Origin: Thermoplasmatota archaeon
GTDB lineage: Archaea > Thermoplasmatota > SW-10-69-26 > JACQPN01 > JAIVGT01
Reading direction: 5' to 3'
DNA length: 46,253 nt
Assembly: GCA_036003985.1 (NCBI GenBank)
Contig: DASYRW010000164.1
Coordinates: forward strand, 1 to 46,253
This document shows, one piece after another, positions 32,967-45,334 of the stretch. The stretch's first letter is position 1. Each line of letters opens with the position of its first letter. Position numbers and translations under genes: made by a program. Under the pieces are notes generated by a model. It saw only the letters and a program-made list of their open reading frames with translations, searched no databases and was not told the DNA's origin.

Positions 32967-33572
32967 ATGGCCCTCCTCGCCCGCGGGACGGCGCATTGGG
33001 TCGCGCTCCCCGCCGTGGTCACGGCGGTGCTGTTCGCCGCGGGCTGGGTCGCGGCGGGCCTGCTCGCGGCGCTGCTGACGCTGTTCCTCGCCAACTTCTT
33101 CCGCGACCCCGAGCGGCCGCTCGCCGAGGGCATCGTGAGCCCCGCCGATGGCGTGGTCACGGAGGTGCGCGAGGCCGAGGACGGCGGGCGGGTCGTCGTG
33201 ATCTTCATGAACGTGCACAACGTGCACGTGAACCGCGCGCCGTGCGACGCCACGGTCGTGAAGCGCACACACCATGAAGGCTCCAAGGTGCCGGCCTGGC
33301 ACAAGGACAGCGAGCGCAACGAGCGCGTCGTGTGGGACCTCGACACGCCTCATGGGAGCATGCGCGTCGTGCAGGTCGCCGGCCTGCTGGCGCGCCGCAT
33401 CGTGCCCTATGCTGCCGAGGGCCAGCGTCTGCGCAAGGGCGAGCGCATCGGCATCATCCGGCTCGGCTCGCGCGTCGATGTGTGGCTGCCACCCGGCTGC
33501 GAGCCGGCGGTGCGCGCGGGCGACCGGCTGCTCGCCGGAAGCTCGACCCTCGCGCGGCCCGGCAAGCCCTGA
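32967..33572 (+). CDS. psd: Archaetidylserine/phosphatidylserine decarboxylase-related proenzyme
   Basis: The ATG follows the artA TAG directly. An N-terminal TM region is followed by FFRDPERP, SPADG, MNVHNVHVNR, and the self-cleavage LGS motif (IIRLGSRVD). Confidence 0.85.
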   Translation: MALLARGTAHWVALPAVVTAVLFAAGWVAAGLLAALLTLFLANFFRDPERPLAEGIVSPADGVVTEVREAEDGGRVVVIFMNVHNVHVNRAPCDATVVKRTHHEGSKVPAWHKDSERNERVVWDLDTPHGSMRVVQVAGLLARRIVPYAAEGQRLRKGERIGIIRLGSRVDVWLPPGCEPAVRAGDRLLAGSSTLARPGKP

Positions 33573-33587
33573 GCTCGCGCCAAAAAG

Positions 33588-33594
33588 CCTTTAG
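33588..33594 (+). promoter_or_regulatory. TATA-like element CCTTTAG preceded by an A-rich BRE-like CAAAAAG
   Basis: About 30 nt upstream of ATG 33622. Confidence 0.4.
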
Positions 33595-33621
33595 CGCGCC
33601 CGCGCCCTCGCGCCCCTGCCC

Positions 33622-34494
33622 ATGGCCGCGCCGCACCGCCTCGCGCTCCTCGACCTCGGCGTCGCGGACCTGCTCACGCTCGGCAACGGCGTGATGGGCA
33701 TGCTGGCCATCTTGACGCTCACCGTGGACGTGCCAGCGCTGGCGTGGCTCGACGCGGTCGCGCCCGATCCCGTGCTCGCCGCCATCCTGATCGGCATCGG
33801 CGCGGTCCTCGACGGCCTCGACGGCGTCGTCGCGGCGCGGTTGGGCGGCAGCGAGCTCGGCAGCGACCTCGACTCGCTGAGCGACCTCATCACCTTCGTG
33901 CTGGCGCCCGCGATCCTCACGCTGGTGACGTTCTCCGTCGTGCACCCGATCGCGAGCATCGTGGTCGCGCTGACGATCCTCATCTTCGGCACCGTGCGCC
34001 TCGCGCGGTTCAACGCCAGCCCCGAGCACGAGGCGCGCGATTTCACGGGCCTGCCGAGCCCTGTCTTTGCAGCTGGCACGGTGCTGCTGGCCGTGGTCTG
34101 GACCAAGGTCGGCGCGCCCGCGGCGCTGGCGGGGCTCGAGCTCGCGGCGATCGCGTGCTTCGCCTTCGCCATGATCAGCACCGTGCCCTACCCCAAGGCG
34201 CGTCGCCGCGCGCGGTCCTTCGCCGCGGGCTTGATGGTGTTCGGCCTCGGCGTCGTCGCGGCGCTCGTGCTGCTGCCGCAGCAGGCGGAACCCGTGCTGG
34301 TGGGGGCGCTGGCGGTCACGCTGCTCATCATCGCCTTCGGGCCGATCACGTGGATCCGCCTCCGCCGCGGGCGGGGCAAGCCCGATCCGCTGGCGCCGCC
34401 TGACGCGCCGGAGGAGCCGGAGGCCTCGGAATCCGCAGAATCGCCGCGGACCTTGTCGAATCCCGGGCGGGCCGAACGCGGCCGGGCGCCCTGA
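33622..34494 (+). CDS. pssA: CDP-alcohol phosphatidyltransferase (archaetidylserine synthase-like)
   Basis: The signature D-G-x2-A-R-x8-G-x3-D-x3-D reads DGLDGVVAARLGGSELGSDLDSLSDL. The protein has multiple TM helices. Confidence 0.85.
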   Translation: MAAPHRLALLDLGVADLLTLGNGVMGMLAILTLTVDVPALAWLDAVAPDPVLAAILIGIGAVLDGLDGVVAARLGGSELGSDLDSLSDLITFVLAPAILTLVTFSVVHPIASIVVALTILIFGTVRLARFNASPEHEARDFTGLPSPVFAAGTVLLAVVWTKVGAPAALAGLELAAIACFAFAMISTVPYPKARRRARSFAAGLMVFGLGVVAALVLLPQQAEPVLVGALAVTLLIIAFGPITWIRLRRGRGKPDPLAPPDAPEEPEASESAESPRTLSNPGRAERGRAP

Positions 34495-34596
34495 TCGGTT
34501 CCATCGAAGCCCGCTGATGGCTTCAGAACCTTCATGGCGGTTCAAGTCGCTCCGGGGGCGCCCGCAAGGGCGGACTTTCGCGCCATGGCCACGGCG

Positions 34597-35130
34597 ATGA
34601 AGATCGGCATCACCGGCATGCCCAGCGTGGGCAAGACCGCGACGCTCCTCAAGATCGTGCAGAAGCTGGAGGAGAAGGAGACCATCGTCGGCGGCATGGT
34701 GACCGAGAGCCTGGAGGAGGGCGGGCGCCGCGTCGGGTTCAAGCTGATCAACTGGCTCACCAAGGAGGATGGCACGCTCGCGCACGAGAAGATCCCGAGC
34801 GACGTCAAGGTGGGCAAGTACGGCGTGGACCTGAGCGTGCTCGAGAACCTTGGCGTGCCAGCCATCGAGCAGGCCATCCGCGAGGCCGAGGTCATCGTCA
34901 TCGACGAGGTCGGCAAGATGGAGATGGAGTCCGACCGGTTCTGCAATGCGGTCAAAGCAGCGCTGGACTGCGACAAGCCGCTCATCATGACGCTGCACAA
35001 GAAGAGCCGCAACCCGCTGCTGCAGGACATCCGGCGGCGCGACGACATCCGCATCCTCGAGGTCACGAAAGTGAATCGGAACCTCTTGCCCTACAAGATC
35101 GAGAAGCTGCTCGAGGGCGAGGTGATGTAG
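34597..35130 (+). CDS. Nucleoside-triphosphatase, THEP1/NTPase_1 family
   Basis: Walker A is MKIGITGMPSVGKT and Walker B is VIVIDEVGKMEMES. The protein is collinear with recalled THEP1 sequences. ATG 34585 is an alternative start. Confidence 0.85.
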   Translation: MKIGITGMPSVGKTATLLKIVQKLEEKETIVGGMVTESLEEGGRRVGFKLINWLTKEDGTLAHEKIPSDVKVGKYGVDLSVLENLGVPAIEQAIREAEVIVIDEVGKMEMESDRFCNAVKAALDCDKPLIMTLHKKSRNPLLQDIRRRDDIRILEVTKVNRNLLPYKIEKLLEGEVM

Positions 35131-35267
35131 GGACGCGCCTTCCTCGAGCAACCACGATCGAGTGCGAGGTCGGTGCCGAAGCGTACCTCGCCCAACGCGC
35201 GAAGCCTGACGAGATCTTCAACGCCGAGCGCTGGCAGCTCGCGCGGCATATGTGCTGACCGGGCTGT

Positions 35268-35777
35268 CTAGATCCGCAGGTGCACGGTCTGCGCATCCTC
35301 GTACGGCTGGCCCCACGGCGAGACGCCCGCGACGTTGAATGTGACCCGGGCGAACTCCGTCTCGCACGGAGCGGGAATCTCGACCGCCAAGTGCTCGCGC
35401 TCCGCGCGCCACCACCATCCCTTCGACCAAGGTTGGTCGAACGTGAGCGTCTCGCCCGATGTGGGCGTCTGGAAGACCGCATAGCCGAGAATCCGGACGT
35501 CGCGGAGAACCACGGGAACGTCATGGCTCTTCATCCACACGTCCATCGCCAGGAGGCATTCCCCTTGCGGGCGGAGGGCATCGGGGCAAGGGTCGGCCCA
35601 CGTGCACACAACGGCTCCCGACCCATCGTGGGGCCCGCGCAGCTCCCAGGACTCCAGTCGAGGGCTCCAGGCCTGCACGCCGCGGCCAAGCTTGGTCGGG
35701 GGCGCCCCGCCCTCGGCTGAAAGCAGGACAACGCAGAAGACCGAAACCATCGCGGCGACCAGCAGCGCCCGTTGCAT
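35268..35777 (-). CDS. Secreted hypothetical protein
   Basis: ATG 35775-35777 gives the signal/anchor MQRALLVAAMVSVFCVVLLSAEG. The protein is Trp-rich (WSKGWWWRAE). No family recognised. Confidence 0.5.
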   Translation of the reverse strand: MQRALLVAAMVSVFCVVLLSAEGGAPPTKLGRGVQAWSPRLESWELRGPHDGSGAVVCTWADPCPDALRPQGECLLAMDVWMKSHDVPVVLRDVRILGYAVFQTPTSGETLTFDQPWSKGWWWRAEREHLAVEIPAPCETEFARVTFNVAGVSPWGQPYEDAQTVHLRI

Positions 35778-35873
35778 CGCATGCGCCAGACCTCCCGAGG
35801 GCAGGAGGATTCTGGAGCAAGCTCCGCAATTCGGCGACTGCCCCTGAACGTGTCCGGGGAAAGGGAACGACAA

Positions 35874-35998
35874 CCCCGGAGCGGGTTGGGGGCACGCGGA
35901 GCCCCGGGTGTGCCGACGCCGCGGAAGTTGCGGAAGGAAAAGTGCGGCCCCGGGGCGGGTTGGGGGGCAAGCGTTGCCCCGGGGTCGGAGGGGGTTGG
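35874..35998 (+). repeat. G-tract-rich intergenic repeat cluster
   Basis: CCCCGGAGCGGGTTGGGGGCACGCG (35874-35898) recurs as CCCCGGGGCGGGTTGGGGGGCAAGCG (35948-35973). A third degenerate copy is CCCCGGGGTCGGAGGGGGTTGG (35977-35998), with GCGGAAG duplications in between. Confidence 0.5.
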
Positions 35999-36011
35999 CT
36001 GCTGTTGCGCG

Positions 36012-36752
36012 TCAGGCCGCGTGGGCTGCCTGGGCGGGCCCGACGCGCGTGAACCTCACGGGCCTCATGGCGCCGGCGCGCTCGACGCCCGCGGCGGGCT
36101 TCCCCGCCACCGGCGCGGCCGCGATCGCCGGCTTGGCTGCGATCGACGGCGGCGCCGCCGGGGCAACCGCCCGGGCCGCAGACGCCTGGCGCTCCTCGAT
36201 GCGCTGCGCGTGATGGATGGCGCGGTGCTGCGCGACGCGCCGGTGCTCGGCCTCGAGGCGCATGCCGTAGCGCTTCTCGGCCTCGGCCCACGCGCGGCGC
36301 TCCTTGATCCGCTGGTAGGCGAGCGCGACCAGCAGGATGGCGAACACCACGATGGCCGCGAGCAGGAAGAGGCCCATGAGCCCGCCCGTGATGCCGCCGA
36401 GCAGCGCGTCGTCGCCCGCGGGCGGCGCAGCGCTGCCACCGCTCGTGTCGGCCGGCGCGGCGTCGGTGGAGCTCGACCTGAGCGCGTCGCCGGCGGCCAG
36501 GGGGTCGGGCACGCCGGGCGCCACGTCGGGCACGTCCACCGTGCCGGCGCCATCCACCTGGGTCTCGATCAGGTCCATCCCGAGGGGTTCCACGTTGAGG
36601 TTCGTGTCCTGGACGAGCGGCACCTGCACGGGCAACGTCAGCTTGAGTCCGAGCAGGCTGAGCGATGTGCCCTCCGCGGCGCTCGCGGCGGGCATCATCA
36701 GCGCGATCGACAGCAGGCCCACGCCCATCAGGATGGCACGCATCACGACCAC
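36012..36752 (-). CDS. Single-pass membrane protein (signal peptide, acidic/Pro-rich ectodomain, TM, basic helical cytoplasmic tail)
   Basis: GTG 36752 is preceded by GAGGGGG, and ATG 36743 is an alternative. The signal peptide is MRAILMGVGLLSIALMMPAASA and the TM helix is LMGLFLLAAIVVFAILLVALAY. Confidence 0.55.
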   Translation of the reverse strand: MVVMRAILMGVGLLSIALMMPAASAAEGTSLSLLGLKLTLPVQVPLVQDTNLNVEPLGMDLIETQVDGAGTVDVPDVAPGVPDPLAAGDALRSSSTDAAPADTSGGSAAPPAGDDALLGGITGGLMGLFLLAAIVVFAILLVALAYQRIKERRAWAEAEKRYGMRLEAEHRRVAQHRAIHHAQRIEERQASAARAVAPAAPPSIAAKPAIAAAPVAGKPAAGVERAGAMRPVRFTRVGPAQAAHAA

Positions 36753-36836
36753 AGTACCCCCTCGGATACGCGAGGTTTAGAGGGCTTGTTGTGCACGCCG
36801 TGTGGGGCGGCTTGTCCGTGCAACTGGACAGTCACG

Positions 36837-37130
36837 TTAAGCGAACCTGAGATGCACACTTTCGATCTGCTCGCCGAAGCGCGCATGCAACCTCGCGACG
36901 AAGCTGCCGAGAAGCTGCGAAGCCTCGTCGCCCCGCACCTCGGCGATGAGGTCGGGCGCGCGCCAGTGGAGCACGATGTACCCGGGATGGGTGGCGCGCT
37001 GGCGATGGCGCAGCTTGCGGCCGCGGTCGTAGGCCTCGAAGGTGCGCAAGGCGCCGCTGCGCGCGGCCTCGACGATCGCGCGCTTGAGGTTCGCGCCGCC
37101 GCGGGCCGTGACCACGACGCGGACGGTCAT
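36837..37130 (-). CDS. Hypothetical protein (97 aa)
   Basis: Clean ORF with G/C-biased third positions and a non-repetitive composition. No family recognised. Confidence 0.45.
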   Translation of the reverse strand: MTVRVVVTARGGANLKRAIVEAARSGALRTFEAYDRGRKLRHRQRATHPGYIVLHWRAPDLIAEVRGDEASQLLGSFVARLHARFGEQIESVHLRFA

Positions 37131-37195
37131 GACGCAGGCTTGGGCGTCCGGGCTCTTGGCTGTTCCGGCCCTTCCTTTCCAGAGCGGCCGACAGC

Positions 37196-37201
37196 CTTTT
37201 C
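37196..37201 (+). promoter_or_regulatory. TATA-like element CTTTTC for trm1
   Basis: ACAGCCTTTTCCGG is centred about 27 nt upstream of ATG 37226. Confidence 0.35.
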
Positions 37202-37225
37202 CGGAGCGCGCGCGTCGCCCGCTGC

Positions 37226-38407
37226 ATGGCCGAGCCCGGCTTCGTCGAGGTGCGCGAGGGGGCCACGACGCTCCTCGTGCCGGCCGGGCACACGACCTTC
37301 GGCCCCGCGGCGCGGGCCAAGGCCGCGGGCGTGTTCTACAACCGCGCCGCGGCGCTGAACCGCGACGTCAGCGTGCTGTACATGGCCGCGCGCCACCAGG
37401 GCTCCGCGATCCGCGCGGTGGACGCGCTCGCGGGCGCAGGCGCGCGGGGCGTGCGGTGGGTGGTCGAGGCGGGCCTGCAGGGCGTCGTGCTCAACGACCG
37501 CAGCCCCGCGGCGGCCCAAGCCATCGCGCAGAACCTCGCGCGCAACGGCGTCGAGGCCGAGGTCGCGCAGAAGGACATCGCCGTGCTGCTGGCGGAGCGC
37601 AGCTTCCAGCACATCGAGCTCGATCCGTATGGCACGCCGGCGCCCTTCCTCGACCTCGCGTACCGCAACCTCGGCCGCCGCGCGGGCGTGAGCTTCACCG
37701 CCACCGACGCGGCCGCTCTGTGCGGGGCCTCGCCCAAGGCCTGCGAGCGGCGCTACCGCGCGATCCCGACGCGCACGCCCGAGCTTTGCCATGAGGCCGC
37801 GCTGCGGATCCTGCTCGGCCACGCGATCCAGGTCGCGGCGAAGCACGACCAGGCTGCTGTCCCAGTCCTGGCCAACAGCCGCGAGCACTACTTCCGCTGC
37901 TTCACCGAGACGCGGCGCAGCGCGCGGCTCGCCGACGAGCTGCTGGCGCAGCTGGGGTGGCTCGTCGAGTGCGACGCGTGCCTCGCGCGCGGATTCGCGC
38001 CCGAGCGCCTGCGCGCGTGCTTCGCGTGCGCCCAGCCCGCGCGCGCGAGCGGTCCGATGTGGCGCGGCGCGCTGTGGGATCCTGGCTTGCTGGCGCAGAT
38101 GGCGAAGCAGCGCGAGGGCCGCGCGCTCGCGCGCCCGGCCGCGGTGGAGCGCGACCTGGGGCTCTGGCAGGAGGAGGCCGACGCCGGCGGGCTGCCCTTC
38201 GACCTGCACCGCATCGCCGAGCGCGAGGGGATCGCCGAGGGCGCGCCCACCGAGGCGGTCGTCGCGGCGCTGCGCGCGCGGGGCTTCCCCGCGGCCGGCA
38301 GCCACCTCGCCGGCACGTACGTGCGCACGCCGGCGCCCGCGGCCGATATCGTGTCGTGCGTGCGCGAGACCGCGGCGGCCCACGCACGGCTTCGGGACGT
38401 CGCCTGA
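37226..38407 (+). CDS. trm1: tRNA (guanine26-N2)-dimethyltransferase
   Basis: Trm1-specific blocks are VFYNRAAALNRDVSV, DALAGAGARG, IELDPYGTPAPFLD, and FTATDAAALCG. A Cys cluster (CDAC...CFAC) is also present. Confidence 0.9.
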   Translation: MAEPGFVEVREGATTLLVPAGHTTFGPAARAKAAGVFYNRAAALNRDVSVLYMAARHQGSAIRAVDALAGAGARGVRWVVEAGLQGVVLNDRSPAAAQAIAQNLARNGVEAEVAQKDIAVLLAERSFQHIELDPYGTPAPFLDLAYRNLGRRAGVSFTATDAAALCGASPKACERRYRAIPTRTPELCHEAALRILLGHAIQVAAKHDQAAVPVLANSREHYFRCFTETRRSARLADELLAQLGWLVECDACLARGFAPERLRACFACAQPARASGPMWRGALWDPGLLAQMAKQREGRALARPAAVERDLGLWQEEADAGGLPFDLHRIAEREGIAEGAPTEAVVAALRARGFPAAGSHLAGTYVRTPAPAADIVSCVRETAAAHARLRDVA

Positions 38408-38474
38408 GCCGGAGCGCCACGCCGCGCAGGCAACGTTCAAGTAGGCTCCGGGGTGGTCGGCCCCGGGGCTTGTC

Positions 38475-42347
<3,873 letters not shown>

Positions 42348-42450
42348 GCGATCCGCCGCAGCGCGGCCGGCCAAGCTTTGCAGACAGCCCGGGCCAGCGC
42401 GCGCGCCCAAGCTTCAAGAGCCTGGGGGGGCATGCGCGCCCGGGAAGGCC

Positions 42451-42813
42451 ATGCGCAACGCTCTCGCCCTCGCGGCCCTCGCGGCCACGCTCACGCTCCT
42501 GCCCGCGCCCGCGGGCGCCATCATCGGGCCGGGCGACCTCGCCTTCGTGCCGATCCAGATGGCCCAGTACTTCGGCCCCCTCGGCCCCGTCGCGGTCGTG
42601 ACCTCGGGCGGCGTCGTCACCTGGGAGAACCACGAGTTCCTCCAGCCGGTGGTCAACGAGCACACCGTCACGGCCGACGACGGCAGCTTCGACAGCGGCG
42701 AGATCCAGCTGCACGGCAGCTTCTCCGCCACCATCGACGCGCCCTCGGGCTCGCTCGTCACCTACCACTGCTCGAACCACCTGTGGATGGTGGGCGTCAT
42801 CGTCGTGATCTGA
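42451..42813 (+). CDS. Cupredoxin (small blue copper protein, amicyanin-like ligand spacing)
   Basis: It has a signal peptide. The upstream His is in NEHTV, and the C-terminal loop YHCSNHLWMVG has the pattern C-x2-H-x2-M. GGGAAGG precedes the ATG. Confidence 0.75.
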   Translation: MRNALALAALAATLTLLPAPAGAIIGPGDLAFVPIQMAQYFGPLGPVAVVTSGGVVTWENHEFLQPVVNEHTVTADDGSFDSGEIQLHGSFSATIDAPSGSLVTYHCSNHLWMVGVIVVI

Positions 42814-42827
42814 CCGGAGGACTCTGC

Positions 42828-43211
42828 ATGAAGACCATGCTCGTTGGGGGGCTTGCGATGTTGACCGTGCTCAGCCTGATGCCGGCGGCGGCGCCGCTGC
42901 CGGCGCCCGTGGGCGTGACCGCGCTCGGGGCGAACTTCATCCCGGCCGTGCTCCCCGCGCCCAGCGGGAGCGTCGTGCACTTCCAGAGCATGGAGACCAG
43001 CCTGCACCACCAGATCGTGACCACCCCCGGCAACGTGTTCATCGGCCACCTCATGCCCACGGTGGGCTGGACCTGCGTGCCGGGCTCGAATGGGCTCACC
43101 CTCGGGGGCTCGACGTGCTTCGACTACGTCGTGACCGCGCCGACGGGGTCGGTGATCCTGTACCACTGCCAGCTGCACCCGTTCATGAACGGAGCCATCG
43201 TGGTCGTGTAG
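42828..43211 (+). CDS. Cupredoxin (second copy)
   Basis: GGAGG lies 7 nt upstream of ATG 42828. It has a signal peptide, an upstream His in LHHQIV, and the loop YHCQLHPFMNG (compare amicyanin CTPHPFM). Confidence 0.75.
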   Translation: MKTMLVGGLAMLTVLSLMPAAAPLPAPVGVTALGANFIPAVLPAPSGSVVHFQSMETSLHHQIVTTPGNVFIGHLMPTVGWTCVPGSNGLTLGGSTCFDYVVTAPTGSVILYHCQLHPFMNGAIVVV

Positions 43212-43220
43212 GTGAGCGCC

Positions 43221-43550
43221 ATGCGTGCCCCCCTCGCGCTGCTGATGCTCGCCGTGCTCGCGATCGCCGCCGCGCCGGCCGAGGCCGCGGCGATCCCGCA
43301 CGCGGACGTGCAGATCCTGGCGCGGCAGTTCCTGCCGCCCGTCACGGCGGTGTCGTCGGGGGGCACCATCACCTTCCACAACATCGAGCCGGTGGACCAC
43401 CACCAGCCGCAAGCCCTGGACGGGAGCTGGCTCGTGCACCTCGGCAACGGCCAGAGCGGCGACGTGACCATCACGGCGCCCTCGGGGAGCCAGGTGCCGT
43501 ACCGCTGCGGCATCCACGTGTACATGACCGGCGTCATCGTGGTGGTCTGA
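43221..43550 (+). CDS. Cupredoxin (third copy)
   Basis: GGTGA precedes ATG 43221, and GTG 43212 is an alternative. It has a signal peptide, an upstream His in DHHQP, and the loop YRCGIHVYMTG. Confidence 0.75.
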   Translation: MRAPLALLMLAVLAIAAAPAEAAAIPHADVQILARQFLPPVTAVSSGGTITFHNIEPVDHHQPQALDGSWLVHLGNGQSGDVTITAPSGSQVPYRCGIHVYMTGVIVVV

Positions 43551-43551
43551 G

Positions 43552-44220
43552 CTAGAGGTCGAGGTCGAAGGTGCCGGCGAGCTCCTGCGGCGTCGGCGGC
43601 TGCGGCCGCGGCGGCGCGACCGCGGTCCGGCGGAAGCGCTTGCCGACGACGTAGATCTCCGAGCTGCGCGCGCGCGTGGCGGGTGGGTGGCTCGCCTTCA
43701 CCCACTCGAAGTGCTGCTCGACCTTCGCCGTGAAGTCGAGGAAGAGGTCGCCCTCGAACACTTTCACGAGGAAGTCCCCGCCGGGCCGCAGCACGCGCGC
43801 GGCGAAGGCCAGCGCCTGCTCGGCGAGGTGCACGCTGCGGGCTTGGTCGGCATCGTAGGCCCCGCTGATGTTGGGGCTCATGTCGCTGAGCACGGTGTCG
43901 GCCTCACCGACCAACTCGCGTAGCTCCGCGACGATGCCTGGATCGGTGAAGTCGCCCACGAGGAACGTCGCGCCCTCGAGCGGCGCCATCGGGTCGAGGT
44001 CGATGCCGACGACGCGGCCACCCGGACAGCGCTCGACCGCGACCTGGCTCCAGCCGCCGGGGCTCGCGCCGAGGTCCACCACGACGCGGTTCGGGCCGAG
44101 GACCTTGAACTTCTCGTCGAGCTGGAGCAGCTTGTACGCCGCGCGCGAGCGGTAGCCCTCGCGCTTGGCTTTGCGCCAGAAGGGGTCCTGGCGCTTCGCG
44201 CGCACCCAGCGCTTGCCCAC
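43552..44220 (-). CDS. rlmE: 23S rRNA 2'-O-ribose methyltransferase RlmE/FtsJ
   Basis: RSRAAYKLLQLDEKF, VVDLGASPGGWSQV, VLSDMSPN and VKVFEG are the canonical FtsJ motifs, including the K-D-K-E context. Confidence 0.9.
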   Translation of the reverse strand: MGKRWVRAKRQDPFWRKAKREGYRSRAAYKLLQLDEKFKVLGPNRVVVDLGASPGGWSQVAVERCPGGRVVGIDLDPMAPLEGATFLVGDFTDPGIVAELRELVGEADTVLSDMSPNISGAYDADQARSVHLAEQALAFAARVLRPGGDFLVKVFEGDLFLDFTAKVEQHFEWVKASHPPATRARSSEIYVVGKRFRRTAVAPPRPQPPTPQELAGTFDLDL

Positions 44221-44330
44221 GCGCCTGCCACGCTGCCAGGCCGGAAAAACCCTCGGGGCCCCGAGGCAGGCCGAGGCTCTCCAGCCAAGGGCCTTGAAGG
44301 GGCACGGGCGTGGTCGGCCGGCGAGGTTGC

Positions 44331-44804
44331 ATGCAGCCCTCGATGCTGGTTGCCCTGATCCTGCTGGCCGCTGCGCCGTTGGCCGCGGGCCTGCCGGACG
44401 CGCCTGGCGTGAGCGTCGAACCCGACGAGGTCCTGGCCCTCGCCGGCGTCGAGCACACCGGCGCGCCCTCGGTGTCCATCTGCGGCGGGCACGCGCCCGA
44501 GGTCCTGCGGTGCAGCACGCCCGGCACGCACCGCTACGTGCACGGCTTCTTCTTCCCGAACACGATGACGAACACCGGCTACCAGTACACAGGCACCATC
44601 GAGAGCCACCTCACCTGGTCGGGCGGCGACCGCGTGCTGCGCTGCCATCTCCAAGGCCAGGCGCAGCCGCTGGACTGCGACACGAGCGGCCTGGCGCCCC
44701 CGCCGAACACGCCCGCGACGCACCGCTGCGCGAGCTTCAACTTCCGGAGCTTCGTGCCCGGCGGGACGGGGACGTGGGGCTGCTACCTGATGCACGACAT
44801 CTAG
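44331..44804 (+). CDS. Secreted six-Cys protein, uncharacterised family (tandem paralog 1)
   Basis: The signal peptide is MQPSMLVALILLAAAPLAAG. It shares YTGTIESHLTWSGGDRVLRC, HRCASF, and GGTGTWGCYLMHDI with the next ORF. Confidence 0.6.
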   Translation: MQPSMLVALILLAAAPLAAGLPDAPGVSVEPDEVLALAGVEHTGAPSVSICGGHAPEVLRCSTPGTHRYVHGFFFPNTMTNTGYQYTGTIESHLTWSGGDRVLRCHLQGQAQPLDCDTSGLAPPPNTPATHRCASFNFRSFVPGGTGTWGCYLMHDI

Positions 44805-44854
44805 GCGGGGCGAAGGGCTAAGCCGGGCCGGCCCCATGCCGCGGCGGCGAGCGC

Positions 44855-45334
44855 ATGCGGGGCCTCCTCGGAATGGCCTGTTGGCTGGTGATGGCGGGCG
44901 CGCTCGGCGCCGGCGCGCGGAGCGACCTGGACGGCGCCGCGTTCGATGCCGCGCCGCCGTCGCCCGCGGTGGCAGGACCCCCGGAGGTTCTGGCGGGGCC
45001 CTACGTCGGCGCCTGCGGCAGCCACACCGACCTCGCGACGAGCTGCACGACCGGCGCGCACGTGCGCGGCGGGACGCCCCTGAGCGGGCTGTTCCACTCC
45101 GTGCACGACGTCGCATACACGGGCACGCTCGAGAGCAGGCTCATGTGGTCGGGCGGCGAACGCGTGCTCCGGTGCGACCTGCCGAACGGGCCCTGCAGCG
45201 CCGGCGGCAGCTTCCCGCCGGAGGGCGAGGCCTTCGTCCACACGTGCGCGAGCTACGCGCGGGGCACGACCTCGCCCGGAGGCAGCGGCGCCTGGGCGTG
45301 CCGGCTGCAGCACGACGTGCCCTTGGTCGGCTGA
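44855..45334 (+). CDS. Secreted six-Cys protein, uncharacterised family (tandem paralog 2)
   Basis: The signal peptide is MRGLLGMACWLVMAGALGAGA. It shares YTGTLESRLMWSGGERVLRC, HTCASY, and GGSGAWACRLQHDV with the previous ORF. Confidence 0.6.
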   Translation: MRGLLGMACWLVMAGALGAGARSDLDGAAFDAAPPSPAVAGPPEVLAGPYVGACGSHTDLATSCTTGAHVRGGTPLSGLFHSVHDVAYTGTLESRLMWSGGERVLRCDLPNGPCSAGGSFPPEGEAFVHTCASYARGTTSPGGSGAWACRLQHDVPLVG

